Shown here: positions 25,091 through 38,283 of the stretch, piece by piece
How the letters are laid out: each line of letters begins with the position of its first letter
Numbering within the stretch: the stretch's first letter is position 1
Source of the DNA: the human T2T-CHM13v2.0 reference genome, Homo sapiens
Assembly (NCBI RefSeq): GCF_009914755.1
Contig: NC_060926.1
DNA: 64,000 nucleotides
Strand: one strand, 5' to 3'
Made by a program: the position numbers and the translations under genes
The notes under the pieces: model-generated
Databases searched by the model: none
The model's input: the letters and a program-made list of their open reading frames with translations, nothing else
Told to the model about the DNA's origin: nothing

Positions 25091-26639
25091 TTATCAAATT
25101 AGCAATTCAATTATTTTTGTTTAGACTCTCGTTTATATACACCAGCAATCCACCACTTATACTGGAATTTTGGAAATTTTAGTCTAGAAGGCAGTCAGTG
25201 TACATATCACAGAGAAAATATATCTTTGGCAGTTTACAAGTGACATTCTTGTTTATATAGCACATTCTGAGATGAGATATGTTCTTACAAGAGAAAAAAT
25301 TATGTTGACTATGAGAGATCAAAATGAAGATCAATGCTCATATTTATCTCCGCCTCCTTTCAACATAATACATCTTTAAATTATTATAGCATTTTTGTTA
25401 ACGTAAGGGTCCCCAGCTAGCAACTGAGTATGCCTAACAGTCCTCTAGTGAACTTTGGATTCCAGAAGGTCAAGAATTATATATTCACCAGTAGTTTTCA
25501 GAGGGTATAAAAAATAAAAATTAATTATTGCTGCACAGGTGATAAATTTAATGTAAAACTGTCTCCAAATCTTCAGTTGTGTTATTGAAAATGAAAGGCA
25601 ACTAGGTGATGGGACACATAAGAGAAGGGAAATGTTTACCTTAACTTTCCAAGCATGCACATAGTTTTGGACTTCAAAACAGTTATGCTGCTCAGTATTA
25701 TTCATTCCTCAGATAACTTTCATAAATCAGTGCATGAATACAAACAAGGCTCAGGGCTGTGTGGTGGATATTCCAGGTTAATAAATATATTGGACATAGC
25801 TGGATATGAATAAAATTTGACTTAATGATGCATTCCAGAAATGACATAACTTTTACAACACTATTTGCATTTATGACCAATTGTGATTAATTATTTTCCA
25901 AGTCTACCAAGGATTTATTCGTAAGTCTGTCATTTCATCGACAATGCTAAGAAGGCATTTTGAGAAGGGAGTTGTGTATCACACCTTATATCATTATGGA
26001 CTGGAGACAGAGAATGTTTTTATATAAATTCTAAGAATGCTTCTTATTGTGAAGGTAAAATAGAAATTCTAATAATTCAAGCAAAACAGTGCAAGATGTC
26101 TTCTCAGCAAGTGATTTCAAAATATCGCTGTCATCCTCACTGGATACACCAGACCGCTTGACCCTGAATATTGCTGGGCCAACATGAGTAGTAGCTCTGA
26201 CTGTGATGGGGGCAGAGACAACAAAAGGGCTAAGATGAAACACATGGCTTTCGTAACCAACATTACATCAGTGTTAAGTTATTGGTATAAGAGTATGTAT
26301 AAATAGAATTAAAGAATAATAAAAAAAACTCATATTATTTTCTGCCTTTTTATTTGCAAAAAACTGGGGAAAAGACATGTGCACATTGGAAAAATGATTA
26401 AAGATACTATTTATGACCCTGTCACTAGAAAGATAATCAGTCTCGTTATGTTTATTAGACATAAATCTTTCCATCACAAGAAATCAACATTCTGCTTATG
26501 AAGCAACATATACGAAGAGGATTGCCTATGTTTGATAGTATTCTCAAATGTAAAGTAAAACCATTAGTGACCATATCAGACGTACCACTTACACTCCAAC
26601 GCATATCCTCTCATCTCACCTTTTTATTCTAGCAATGGC

Positions 26640-27112
26640 AATGGAAACCAGCTGTATGCAAATGTAATCCAGCTTCAACTTGCTTAGCTGAATCATGTAT
26701 ATCTAGCTTTCTGCTCTGGGATTCTTGTCCACTACCATATGAGATTCTGACATGTATGCAAATCTACAATAGTGGGTGTGCTAATCCCTCATGGTGCAAA
26801 CCTAGACTATTAGGTGATGGGATCTGGGAGATACTCACTTCTTTTGTTCTTTGGACAGACAATTGCATTATTATTTGTATAAATATCCTCAGAATTTCCC
26901 TAATGAGAATGAGCCCAGTTTTTCTGCAATGTTGGTCAACTTGAAAACCTACCATTTGATAACTTTTTCTTCTTTCCCATTTCAGTCTTTCCAGTTGTCC
27001 ACTACTCTTTCCAGTCATCCACTACTCTTTCTCAAGATCACTTCCCCAAATAGCATAGCTGTATCTAGTCCTTAACTCAGTCTCAGTTTTTAGATGGAAG
27101 CAAAGATATACA
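26640..27112 (+). mobile_element. ERVL-class LTR (LTR16C-like)
   Basis: 3' end 'gatcacttccccaaatagcatagctgtatctagtccttaactcagtctcagttttt' resembles LTR16 R/U5; internal tccactactcttt duplicated with period 20. Confidence 0.5.
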
Positions 27113-27984
27113 TTTCTAATAAAATGGCTTCATTAAAAAGCTACAAATTAATTTAAAAATTTATTTTAGAGAAGTAAGAAAAATCATATGACTCTTCTGT
27201 GTAACATTTTATGCTTGATTATTGAAAACACTTTTAAAAAATGATCAAAACTAACCAAAGTAGATATTGCTGAAGGAAGAATAAATGTATCAAATAAATT
27301 ATTTGATTTTCAAAAGTATTTTGATCATTTCAAAATAAGAACACTAATGGCATGCTTACCATGCTCTAATGATGTATTTTAATGATACAAATAATGACTC
27401 TGCTATAATTATTTGTTCCAAGGTTGATAGCTCACTCAGTGCATAAAATGCATATTACTACATGTAGTAGCTCAGGAAACAGCATGTAGCAAACACTTGT
27501 TGAATCAGTTATTATAAATAACCTACAGTTTATAAGTGAATTCTAGTTAGGTTAGACATAACAACAACACTAGTGCCAACTCCTTGGGCATCCATTTGTT
27601 AAACCTGATAATTGGTTATTTACAAGAAAATCACTAGTACTGCCATTCTTCAATGAAGGAAATTTGCTACTTAACAAGAGTTCTCAAGGATCATGGTGAA
27701 AATATTCCAGGAAGTCATTTACCTGTCCAAGAAATATTGGTATTTGAATGTTTAGCTACCAAGTTTAAAAGATTCAAGCCTAAACTCAGGGGAGCACAAT
27801 TTATTATTTTCAGGATGCAAGAGACCTTGAAAGAATGCCCTTTGACTCATTTAAGTGGCATAAACATAGCTGGAAAAGTTATTCTTGAAATTAACTTTGC
27901 CATACTTTAAGAACTTAAGTTGCAAATCACATATATCTCTGTGAAAGAGATGCACTTACATATCTTTTACACTTATGTACTGCT

Positions 27985-28200
27985 TAATTTATTCAAAAGT
28001 ATCTATTTGATGCCTAATCCTATACTGTCACTATACCAGAAACTTGTGACACAGAAAAGAGGAAAATAGAGTACTTGTCCTTTAGAGGCTTGTTATCCAA
28101 AGAAGGATACTATAAGCATAATTACAATAAAAGTAATGAGTGCTTTAATACTTGTATGAAGTGTACTGTGGAAGCACAGGAGAGGAAATGACATTTTGCA
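27985..28200 (-). mobile_element. L2 3' end fragment
   Basis: 'atttattcaaaagtatctatttgatgccta...cttgtcctttagaggctt...ctgtggaagcacaggagagg'. Confidence 0.55.
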
Positions 28201-28477
28201 AATACTACTTCTTATTTAGTTTCTTCATTAGCTTTTATTTTATGTTTAATTAAAATTTATTTTACTGCTATAGTTTGTAACAGACCTAGAGCATATCCTG
28301 TGAACATGAAATACCAAAGCAAAATCTAAATGCACTATTAGTTTATTTCTTAATTCTTTTACTCTGTTCTTTATGTTAATAGTTATTCTAGTTTGCTTTT
28401 AGTTTAGTGAGTTTTTTGAACTATTTTTGCTACATGTGATAAATATACTGGGTTTTGTAAATCCCCAAATATCAGTC

Positions 28478-28635
28478 TATTATAGTGCAAAGGGCATGAA
28501 TTCAAACACAGGAAGCTCTAATTCTTATAATAATACTGCAGCAAATCCCCAAGTCACAGTGTTTCTGAATCTAAATTTTCTCATTCTTAAATTTTTTTAA
28601 AAAAGGTTAAATTTCAATGAGTTTGTGAAGATTAA
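28478..28635 (+). mobile_element. MIR fragment
   Basis: 'caagtcacagtgtttctgaatctaaattttctcatt...gtttgtgaagatt' MIR core. Confidence 0.45.
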
Positions 28636-29754
28636 AGTTCAATGGCTATAGGCTTGTGATGGAACTCAGCAAGCAGAATTTCAGCCAATTTTATTGCAAC
28701 GTTGATAAAATTATAAAGGCATTTTTGTACTTTGTGAAAGCATTCAGCCTGGGTATAAAAAGAGCTTATGTTATGTGTTTTTGCTATAGAGTGACATAGG
28801 CTTTGAACACTCATAGGTTCAATTGGAACTCTAATCCAAGCATTGAATAGTTTATATTTTCACCTTTAATATTCTTTCTTATTCTACCATTCATTTTATT
28901 TTCTTTTTGCTCTTTTCACCATATCTAAATATAATATGTACATAATAAATCAGCTACAATATTCTTTTAAACTCAATTTTTAATAGTTTACTTAAAATTG
29001 TATAATATCCTTGAAATAAAAATAAGAGCAAGAAAGATGGTTATTGTTGATATTTTGGTTCTATTCAGTTATATCTAGAATAATAACCATATGATTTCTC
29101 TTTTCTTTTTCTTTTCTACATTATATAAATAGCATAAAATAAAAATTACATGCTAAGAATTTAAGGAACCACTTTCAAGCTTAATAAAAATGTGTACGTA
29201 TTTTCTAAAAAAACTACTTTAATAAATATTATAAAATATCATATACATTTAAATATGTAGTTGAAGAAAACAAAATTTTAACTTTTGTATTCAAACATCC
29301 GGAGAAGTATGTCAAAGTTATATTTTAAAACAAATATATACATACATAGCTACATATACTTATTTAGCACACAAAAGGCCATTTTGATGAAAATGTGCTC
29401 TGGGAATTTGTAATTATTTGTAATGGTACTCATATATTTATAATCAGTTCTCATTATATTTCCATGGGAAAAACATAGTTTATAGCCTGTTAGCATCATT
29501 TAAACAATTTGATTATCTGAATATGTTTAATCAAATACAAAATTTAGATAAAATGCTAAGTTTAGAGAACAGAGACAATGGAATTTGCATATCATATATT
29601 TATCTATGAAACATATACACAAAAGAAGAGAAAATGATGTTCATATTTAGGAAGCAAGATAATACCATATCCTGAAACTTAGGGTAAGCAGTCTAAACTG
29701 TAAAGTAGTGACAGAGGAGCACAGGTATGTGTACCTGTGTATCTGCCAAAGCGT

Positions 29755-29852
29755 TGTTTATTTCATTCACAGATAAATCCCAACTGCCTGGAAAAAAGTG
29801 TCTGGCATGCAGAAGATGAATAAATATTTGTTGAAGAAATGAATGAATGAAG
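29755..29852 (+). mobile_element. L2a 3' terminus
   Basis: 'agtgtctggcatgcagaagatgaataaatatttgttgaagaaatgaatgaatgaa'. Confidence 0.7.
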
Positions 29853-30684
29853 GCAGGTCACTGAAAGGGTAGATTCAAGATGATTTCATATAAGACTGCT
29901 TTACCATTTGACTTGTGTTGATATGCAAGTGGTGTGCATAGCTCAGTTCTTTAGCTGAATTATGATAGAACTGACAACATGCTTTTGTGATCTTTTTCAG
30001 ATGAGCTTCCATAAAGGCTTAGCATGTTGTGTTTTGATAATGAGTCCTAAAATAAGCTCATGAGAAAGAGTCAGTGCTCATCTTGCCTGAGTTAAGTCTG
30101 CGGCTCAACTATTCTCTAATCACATTATTGAGATTTAATATGTGTGACATATTGGTTCTGAGAAAAGGTGACACCTTATACCATCACTTTCTTCCAATGC
30201 CTAGACTTAGAAGAATTAGAAATCTTGATTGTGCCTCATTATCTTGCCCAGTCAGTACTGAAGCTGCTGTTTCTTTTTTCTGAATATAATATCTGCTTTT
30301 TGACTGGTTCCAAACTCAAAAATTTGGATAATCATTACTATCTAAATCTGAGCAGAAAATAAATTAATACAGCAAAGTGAAAATAAAATGTTTTCAATTT
30401 TTACCGTCTGTACTAATTACATAACCTACTAGTTATGTTTTATATGTTATATCAACTTACAAAGTATGTTGAACTAATACATCTTATTTGAATCAGAGAA
30501 CACAAATCATATAATGTAGATGGGAACACATTGGTTATTTTATAATCACATGGACAGGAATCCCTGTGGAATAAATCAAGGAAACTAATTTAGGAATAAA
30601 TATTTACCAGAAGAGAGAGTTATATGCTTTTAGCACACAATACATAAAGACAAGAAAAGCTGCAAAATGAAGTAAAAAGATTTG

Positions 30685-30855
30685 TTTTTAATTCTGGATT
30701 TACATTTTATACTTGTGGGGTATGAGTAATCTGTTCATAAGCTTCATATATAAGATAGGGATAAATAATACCTATCTCACAGGATTTTGATTAGGATTAA
30801 ATTATATAAGATATGACAAGTGCATAGCATATAGTAAGCATTCCACAAATAATAA
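30685..30855 (+). mobile_element. MIR fragment
   Basis: 'gggataaataatacctatctcacaggattttgattaggattaaa...gcatatagtaagcattc'. Confidence 0.65.
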
Positions 30856-30880
30856 AGCAAAACCAGAATAGTTCAAATTA

Positions 30881-31349
30881 CAGGAGTATCCCCTTACCCT
30901 TGTGGGATACCTCCCAAGATCCTCAATGGACGCCAGAAATCTCTGATAGTATGGAACCCTGTATATACTATTTTTTTTCCTATACCTGTATAACTATGGA
31001 AATTTTAATTTATAAATTAGATACACCATTCTTGTGCTTTGGGGCCATTATTAAGTAAAATAAGGGTTACTTGAACATAAGCACTATGATACTACAATAG
31101 TCCTAAGTTTCTAAAGGTTAAGGGTTGTGGATGGCATGGATACATACACTGGACAAATAGATGATTCACAGCCTGGGAAGGATGGAGCAGGACTGTGAGA
31201 GATTTCATCATGCTACCCAGAATGGCTGCAATTTAAAACTTATAAATTGTTTATTTCTGGAGTTTTCCATTTAATACTTTTAAACTGAGGTTGACTGCAA
31301 GTAACAGAAACTACAGAAAGCAAGACCACAGATAAATGGGGGGACAGTG
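30881..31349 (-). mobile_element. MER44-type (TcMar-Tigger7 derived) non-autonomous DNA transposon
   Basis: Degenerate terminal inverted repeats caggagtatccccttacc / gataaatggggggacagtg, flanked by TA at 30879-80 and 31350-51; internal 'aaatggaaaactccagaaataaacaat' on the minus strand. Confidence 0.85.
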
Positions 31350-33918
31350 TACTACAGATCTTGGGAAAAAAAAACAGAAAAGAACTCCTCCAGGACATCA
31401 CAGAATTCATTGGTGAAATATGTTTATTGCATTTATGGAAATATTTTTCTTTTTCATCAAAATGCTGATTACACTGTGAAGAATGCAAAAAAAGTGCTGT
31501 AAAATGTAAAATAAAATCTAATTTACTGTTTTCTACACCTTCATTACCCAAATATTTTATCTATCATTGCAACAAAAATGATGCTTAAAGCAGATTGTCT
31601 GTGATCCCTTTTTGTGCATAAACTTGTTCTCTACTAATCCTTGGATATATGTTACTGCATTCTAAGGTCCCTTTGTACATCTTAAAACAAGAGTTTAACC
31701 AAGGAGTTAGAGGCTTCATCTATTTGCGTATTTTCCTATTTTCAAGTCTTTGTATATTTCAAGAGAGAGAATAAAATTTTGAATAAAAATGTAACTTCCA
31801 TAATTGTAATTATTCAAAATGTGTTTAATTTTTCAGATTGTAAAACTCAGAAGTATAATATCCTTGGCACTAAGGTAATGAATTTGAGCATTTCTTGGAA
31901 CCCAAAAATGTATGCTTGTTGTTTTCTTAGTATGCTTTCATATTTACTGAATAGAACTTTTATTTCTATTTTATAGCAGTAATATGAACTTGGCTCAGTC
32001 TTTCAGAAAAATAAGTATAGATAATACATGAAATTACTTCAAATTAAAATTTTATGTTTATGCCAGCGTACAAGTAATTTAATGTGACCTCAACTCTTTT
32101 GACATTTTTTATGAGAACAAATATTTCATTGGCTGAACAAAAAGTCACTTCTTGCTATGATTATTAATTCTCTAGGTTTATCTTTCTCAGCCCAAAGAAA
32201 TACAGATAAAAATACAATAGAATTTTATCATAAAATTATGGTACAATATGAAAATTAAAAGTTCAATTTGATAGTTCTGGAAGAGAATCCTCTAGATGCC
32301 ATTTATTAGCACTTTGAAATAGGATGTTTTAAATCTTTCTAATGATCAGTATCTTCCTCTTTAAAATGAGAGTTATAATGATATTCACTCTAAAATTTGT
32401 ATGTTTTAAAAGAGAAATTTCACATAATATTCAGTACATAGTTATTGACTTAGAATAAGCACACATTAATTATATTCCTATATAATATATATGACATTTT
32501 TGAAGTTCAAAACTAAAGTTATATTTGGAATACTATAATTACTACAGATGTCAAATCTAAGACATCTTGTAACCTGGCCTCCAGGGATGGTCTAAACTTA
32601 AGTGCTCAAACATATTACATTTTTGTGTGAATAAAGTTTGACATCCTGCCATACATTCTGACCAGTTCTGCATGATTCCTTTGATCTATCCAGCACACTC
32701 CTACACCATGTAGCTAGCAAATCTAAAAATGGACCTCTAACATTTCCTTGTGCTTACTCATAAAACCATTTGCTTGAACCTTTTTTATACAGTTCATCCT
32801 GAATTGTTCCCCACATTCTGAGCTTCTGTCTTCTTGATTTATTTTTTAGTGTCAGTTTTGCCACCCCCACAGTTCTGACATTTAGGTTCATTTTACCACC
32901 TATGATGTACTTTCGTCGTGGTCTACAATTTAGAATTCAGTTCCTCTGACTTCAACTACCCTGAGAAAAATCTTCCTAGTCCTTGGGATGATATACTACA
33001 ATTTATCCCACTAAGAGATATTTCTGCTGAGCTCACCTTAGAATTATGTACCGACATTAGATAAATCCCAATTACTTATATTTTATCAAAATGGCATTCA
33101 AAAGCCTAATAAACTATAGCTTGGCTTCTGGGCAGAAATCAGTAAATTATTCTGAACAGCCAATACATTAACAAATACCCAATTTCACTCTGCACTACTC
33201 TACCTGGCAGCAACACCCTCTTGCCCACAGTTATTGTCCCACCTGTACGCTAACCTCGGTTTTGGGATTCTTGAAGAGATTACATAATAATTTTTTGCTT
33301 GAAGAGATGCTGACCCAGTTTCAAAAATCATTCTTGGTATGGCTTCCTATAATTGACATCTAGATCATTAGAAAGAGTTTATCTTTACCCAGCCTTTCTT
33401 TTCTTTGTATCTTGATGTTTATTGCTCGTTCTGTATATTTAAATCTCCTTTTAAGAGGATATATATACACACATATATGTTACATATAATATACATACAT
33501 ACATTATGTATATAATTAATGTGCACTTATTATATTTTAGTATAATTAGTATAATTCTGGAGTAAAAGAAGGATTATTGACTTCCATATCTTGTAAGCAA
33601 ATCTCGTACCTCTTCCCAGGTACAAACTACAGATCGTAAGTTTTACAGTAATCTATTCACCCCTGAGCCTCTCTATGTCCATCTAGCATGCTTACTTGGA
33701 AAGCCACTATCAGCCTGACCTTTCAGATTTATACTACTGACGTAGATACAGTCATGCATCACTTAACAAGAATACATTCTGAGAAATGTGATATCATCAT
33801 TATATGAACATCACAGAGTGTACTACACAAACCTAGCTGGTACAGCCTACTAAACATGGAGTTTATGTGGCTAGGAGCCTGTTGCTCCTACGCTACAACC
33901 CTGTACAGCATGTTACAC

Positions 33919-33972
33919 TGTACTACATGTAAACACTGTGTACTACATGTAAACCCTGTACTACATGTAAAC
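33919..33972. repeat. Three copies of tgtactacatgtaaac inside Tigger3
   Basis: Exact 16-mers at 33919, 33939 and 33957. Confidence 0.9.
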
Positions 33973-34739
33973 ACTGTAGGAATTGTAACATAATAAGCAT
34001 TTGTTTATATAAATATATCTAATCATAGAAAAGGTACAGTAAACATATGGTATAAAAGAGAAGAAATGGTACACCATTGTAGAGCACTTATCATAATTGA
34101 GGCTTGCATGACTGAAAGTTGCTTTGGGTAAATCAGTGAGTGAGTGGTGAATGAATGTGAAGGTCTACAACATTACTGTACATTACTGTAGACCATAAAC
34201 ACTGTGCGCGCTTAGGCTACACTAAATTTATTTTTAAAATTTTCTTCAATGATAAACTAACCTTAGCCTACTATATTTTTATTTTATAATGTTTTTAATT
34301 TTTTACCTTTTTGACTCTTTTGTAAAAAGATTTAGCTTAAAACACAGACATGTTACCTGGCTATACACAAATATTCTCTTTATATTTTTATTCTATAACA
34401 ATTGTTTCATTTTTAAAATTTGTTATTATTATTTTAAGCTTCTTTGTTAATGCTTTTGTTTTTGCATGAACGCATACATTAGGCTAGACCTACATGGGGT
34501 CAGGATCATCAATATCACTGTCTTCCACCTCCACATCTTGTCCCCCTGGAACATCTCCAGGGCAAATAACAGACATGGAGCTGTCATCTACAGTAACAAT
34601 ACCTTCTTCTGGAATACCTCTTGAGTGACTTGCCTGACGCTGTTGTGCAGTTAACATGTTTTATGTATATGTAGAAGAAATACACTCTAAAATAAAAATG
34701 AAATGTATACTATAGTAAATACATAAACCAGTAACATAG

Positions 34740-36009
34740 CATGTCATGGGGGTTTGGTGTACAAATTATTTCATCACTCAGGTAATGAGCATAGTACCTG
34801 ATATATAGCTTCTCCATCCTCATCCTCCTCCTACCCTCCACTCTCAAATAGGCCATAGTATCTATTGTTCCCTTCTTTGTTGCCACCTGTACTCAGTGTT
34901 TAGCTCCCACTTATAACAGAATATGCATTATTTGCTTATCTGATTTTGCACTAATTTGCTTAGGATTATGGCCTCCAGCTTTATCCATTTTGCTGCAAGG
35001 GCCATGATCTCATTTTTTTATAGTTGCATAATATGTCATGGTGTATATATACCACATTTTCTTTAGCCAGTCTACTACTGATGAGCATTTAGGTTATTTC
35101 CATGTCTTTGCTACTCTGAACAGTGCTGCAATGAACATACACATTGCATGTGTCTTTACAATAAAATGATTTATATTCCTTTGGGTATATACCCAATAAT
35201 GGGGTTTGGGCATCAAATGGTAATTCTGCTTTGAGTTATTTAAGAAATCACTAAACTGCTTTCCACAATGGCTGAACTATTTTACATTCCCACCAGCAGT
35301 GTATAAACATTTCCTTTTCAAACCTTGCCAGCATCAGTTATTTTTTGACTGTTTAATAAATAGCCATTCTGACTAGTATCTCATTGTGTTTAAATTTGCA
35401 TTTCCCTAATGATTAGTGATATTGAGCATATTTTAATATGCTTGTTGGCTCCATATATGTCTTCTTTTGAGAAATGTCTGTGTGTGTCCTTTGCCTATTT
35501 TTTAATAGGGTCATTTGTTTTTTGCTTGTTAATTTATTTCAGTTCCTTATAAATTCTGGATGTTAGACCTTTGTCAGATGCATAGTTTGCAAATATTTTA
35601 TCCCATTCCATAATTTGTCTGTTTACTCTGTTGATAGTTTCTTTTGCTGTGCAGAAGCTCTTTAGGTCCCACTTGTCATTTTTTGTTTTTGTTGCAATTG
35701 CTTTTGGAGACTTTGTTACGAAGACTTTGCCTGGGTAACGTCTAGAATGGTATTTCCCAGACTTTCTTCTAAGGCCTTTTATGGTTTTAGGTTTTATGTT
35801 TAAGTCTTTAACCCATCTTGAGTTGATTTTTATATATAGTGAGGTGTGAAGGTCCAGTTTCAATCTTCTGCATATGGCTTGATAGTTATCCCAGTACATT
35901 TATTCAATACAGTCCTTTCTCCATTGCTTATTTTTGTTGGCTTTGTCAAAGATCAGACAGTTGTAGGTGTGCAGCTTTATTTCTGAGTTCTCTAACTTGT
36001 TCCATTGGC

Positions 36010-36050
<41 letters not shown>

Positions 36051-37045
36051 ATCTATCTATAGATAGATAGATATATCAGTACCATGCTGTTTTAGTTAAC
36101 TGTAGCCTTATAGTATAGTTTGAAGTCAAATAATGTGATGCCTCCAGCTTTGTTCATTTTGCTTAGGATTACTTTGGCTATTCAGGCTATTTTGTGGTTC
36201 TAAATGAATTTTGGAATGTTTTTTCTAATTCTGTGGAAAATGTTGTTGGTAGTTTGCTAGGAATAGCATTGAATCTATAAATACATTTGGACAGTATGGT
36301 CATATTAACAATATTGTTTCTTCCTATCCATAAGCATGGAATGTTTTTTTCATTTGTTGTGCCATTTCTGATTTATTTCATCAGTGTTTTATAATTCTTG
36401 CTATAGGGATCTTTCACCTCCCTGTTAACTGTACTTCTACAGATATTATTATTTTTGTGGCTATTGTGAATGGGATTGCATCCTTGATTCAGCTCTCAGG
36501 TTTCATATCACTAGTGTATAGAAATGCTACTGATTTTTGTATATTGATTTTGTAACCTGAAACTTTGCTGAAGTTGTTAATCAGAAGAATTTGGTTGGAA
36601 GCTATGAGGGGTTTTTTTTTTAGGTATAGTATCATATCATCTATGAAGAGAGATAATTTGACTTCCTGCCTTCCTATTTGGATGCCTTTTATTTTCTGTC
36701 TCTTGCCTGACTACTCTGGCTGGGACTTCCAATACTATTTTGAATAGGAGTGGTGATAGTGGGCATCCTCACCTTGTTCCTGTTCTCAAAGGGAATGCTT
36801 CCAGCTTTTGCCCGTTCAGTATAATGCTGGCTATGGTTTGTAATAGATGGATTTTACTATTTTGAGGTATGTACCTTTGAAGCTTAATTTGTTGAGGGTT
36901 TCTAACATGAAGGGATGCTGAATTTCATCAAAAGCCTTTTCTGTGTCTATTGAGATGATTATGTGGATTTTGCTTTTAGTACTGTTTATGTGATGCATCA
37001 CATTTATTGATTTGCATATGTTGAACCAACCCGGGAGTAAGTCTG
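34740..37045 (-). mobile_element. 5'-truncated LINE-1 (older L1PA, ~L1PA13-16) lacking its extreme 3' end and poly(A)
   Basis: ORF2 remnants (35534-35899; 36831-37052 [24 protein letters not shown]) and 3'UTR 'ggtttggtgtacaaattatttcatcactcagg'. Confidence 0.9.
36011..36072. repeat. (TCTA)10 microsatellite followed by inverted (TAGA)n, inside the L1
   Basis: Direct reading; perfect 18-bp palindrome atctatctatagatagat at 36051-36068. Confidence 0.95.
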
Positions 37046-37479
37046 TAGTCATTCATCATTATATACCACACATAAGTGTATGTGCTATACTTTTATATGA
37101 TTGGCGGTACAGTAGATTTCTTTACATCAGCATCATCACAAACACATGAGTAATGCATTGTGCAATGAGGTTATGATGGTCACAATGTCACTAGGTGATG
37201 GAATTTTTTAGTCTCTTATGGGACCACTATCACATATGCTGCCTGTCCTTCATAGAAACATTGTTATGCAGCACACAATTGTACTTTCTTAATCTGAATA
37301 CTGAGAATGGGTCTGTTTGTGTTATTCTATCTAACTTTACTAACTCCTTGACTTCATAGGCTTTCCATTTAGATTTTTGTCATGTCAGCATATTTCTTAC
37401 CTAATCAGGGGTTTTAAACTGTCTCTATTACCAACAATCTATAGATGTGCTTGCTTTAACAGATTACTGGGCTTGCTTC

Positions 37480-37928
37480 TGTCAACCTAAATAACAAACA
37501 GAGAGAGGCTCTCCAAAAGAAAAGTTGTTTATTTGGAAATAAACCCTTACAATGGGAATATGCATGCCATAGTAAACGATGTGCACATTCAGGGAGGTAA
37601 AGAAAGACAAATGTTTTTAAGGAAAAAAATAAGGAAGGTTACATAATTATTTTGAAATAATTATCCTTGGTTACAGAGATTAATACCAGTCTGAAGTGAT
37701 GCCAGTCTGAAGTTGGACAGGCAGGTGCTAGGCAGATGTCCTTGTGGAGGTATTCTTTTGTGTAAGGCTGCAATGGCCTTTGTACAAGCTTGTGGTTTTT
37801 GTAGTCTTTTGTGATTGTTTTTGTTATCAGGCATGCAAGCATGAGAACCCTCTCTTCATGGCTTTTCCTGGCTCTATCAGGGTTTTCTTAACATTAGTGA
37901 CACAATTTTGATTTTGCCAACTTATACA
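37480..37928 (-). mobile_element. ERV1-class solo LTR (MER65A-like)
   Basis: TG...CA ends; minus strand reads tgtataagttggcaaaatcaaaattgtgtcactaatgttaagaaaaccctg...gccatgaagagagggttctcatgc; near-TSD cttc/tttc. Confidence 0.8.
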
Positions 37929-38069
37929 TTTCTTCACAGATTACCTGATCCTAACATTCATTATCTGTAATACATGATTCATAACTTGAAATTGTTATTT
38001 CCATATATAAAACTGGTTAGAAATATTTAACATCAGAACATACCATTTTTTCTTCTTTTGCTTAAAAAT

Positions 38070-38283
38070 CGTATGTTTGTGCATATATATATTATACAAT
38101 GTATTATATAATATATATTACACACATATATTATACACACATATATGTATATGTTGTGATATGTGTCTGCATATATGTATACACTGGATCATATGTGTGT
38201 ATATATATACATGTATATATACATGTATGTGTATGTGTGTATATATATGTATATGTATATATATATGTACACACACACATATG
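38070..38283. repeat. (TA/TG/CA)n low-complexity tract
   Basis: Alternating purine-pyrimidine degenerate repeat. Confidence 0.9.

Larger units (their letters stand above)
33749..37281 (+). mobile_element. Tigger3 (Golem; Tigger3b-like) DNA transposon split by an L1: pieces 33749-34739 and 37046-37281
   Basis: Begins TA|cagtcatgcatcacttaac, ends gttatgcagcacacaattg|TA; internal 'ggtcaggatcatcaatatcactgtcttccacctccacatcttgtcc'; consensus contiguous across the L1 (aacatag / tagtc). Confidence 0.9.

Noticed and set aside
26031-26243. 70-aa ORF of plausible composition in unique sequence
   Set aside because: No recognisable domain, no ATG at the called start, and no convincing splice-site pair; length expected by chance.
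33919-33972. Regularly spaced repeats resembling a mini CRISPR array
   Set aside because: Spacers are only 2-4 bp, the context is a eukaryotic transposon, and there are no cas genes.
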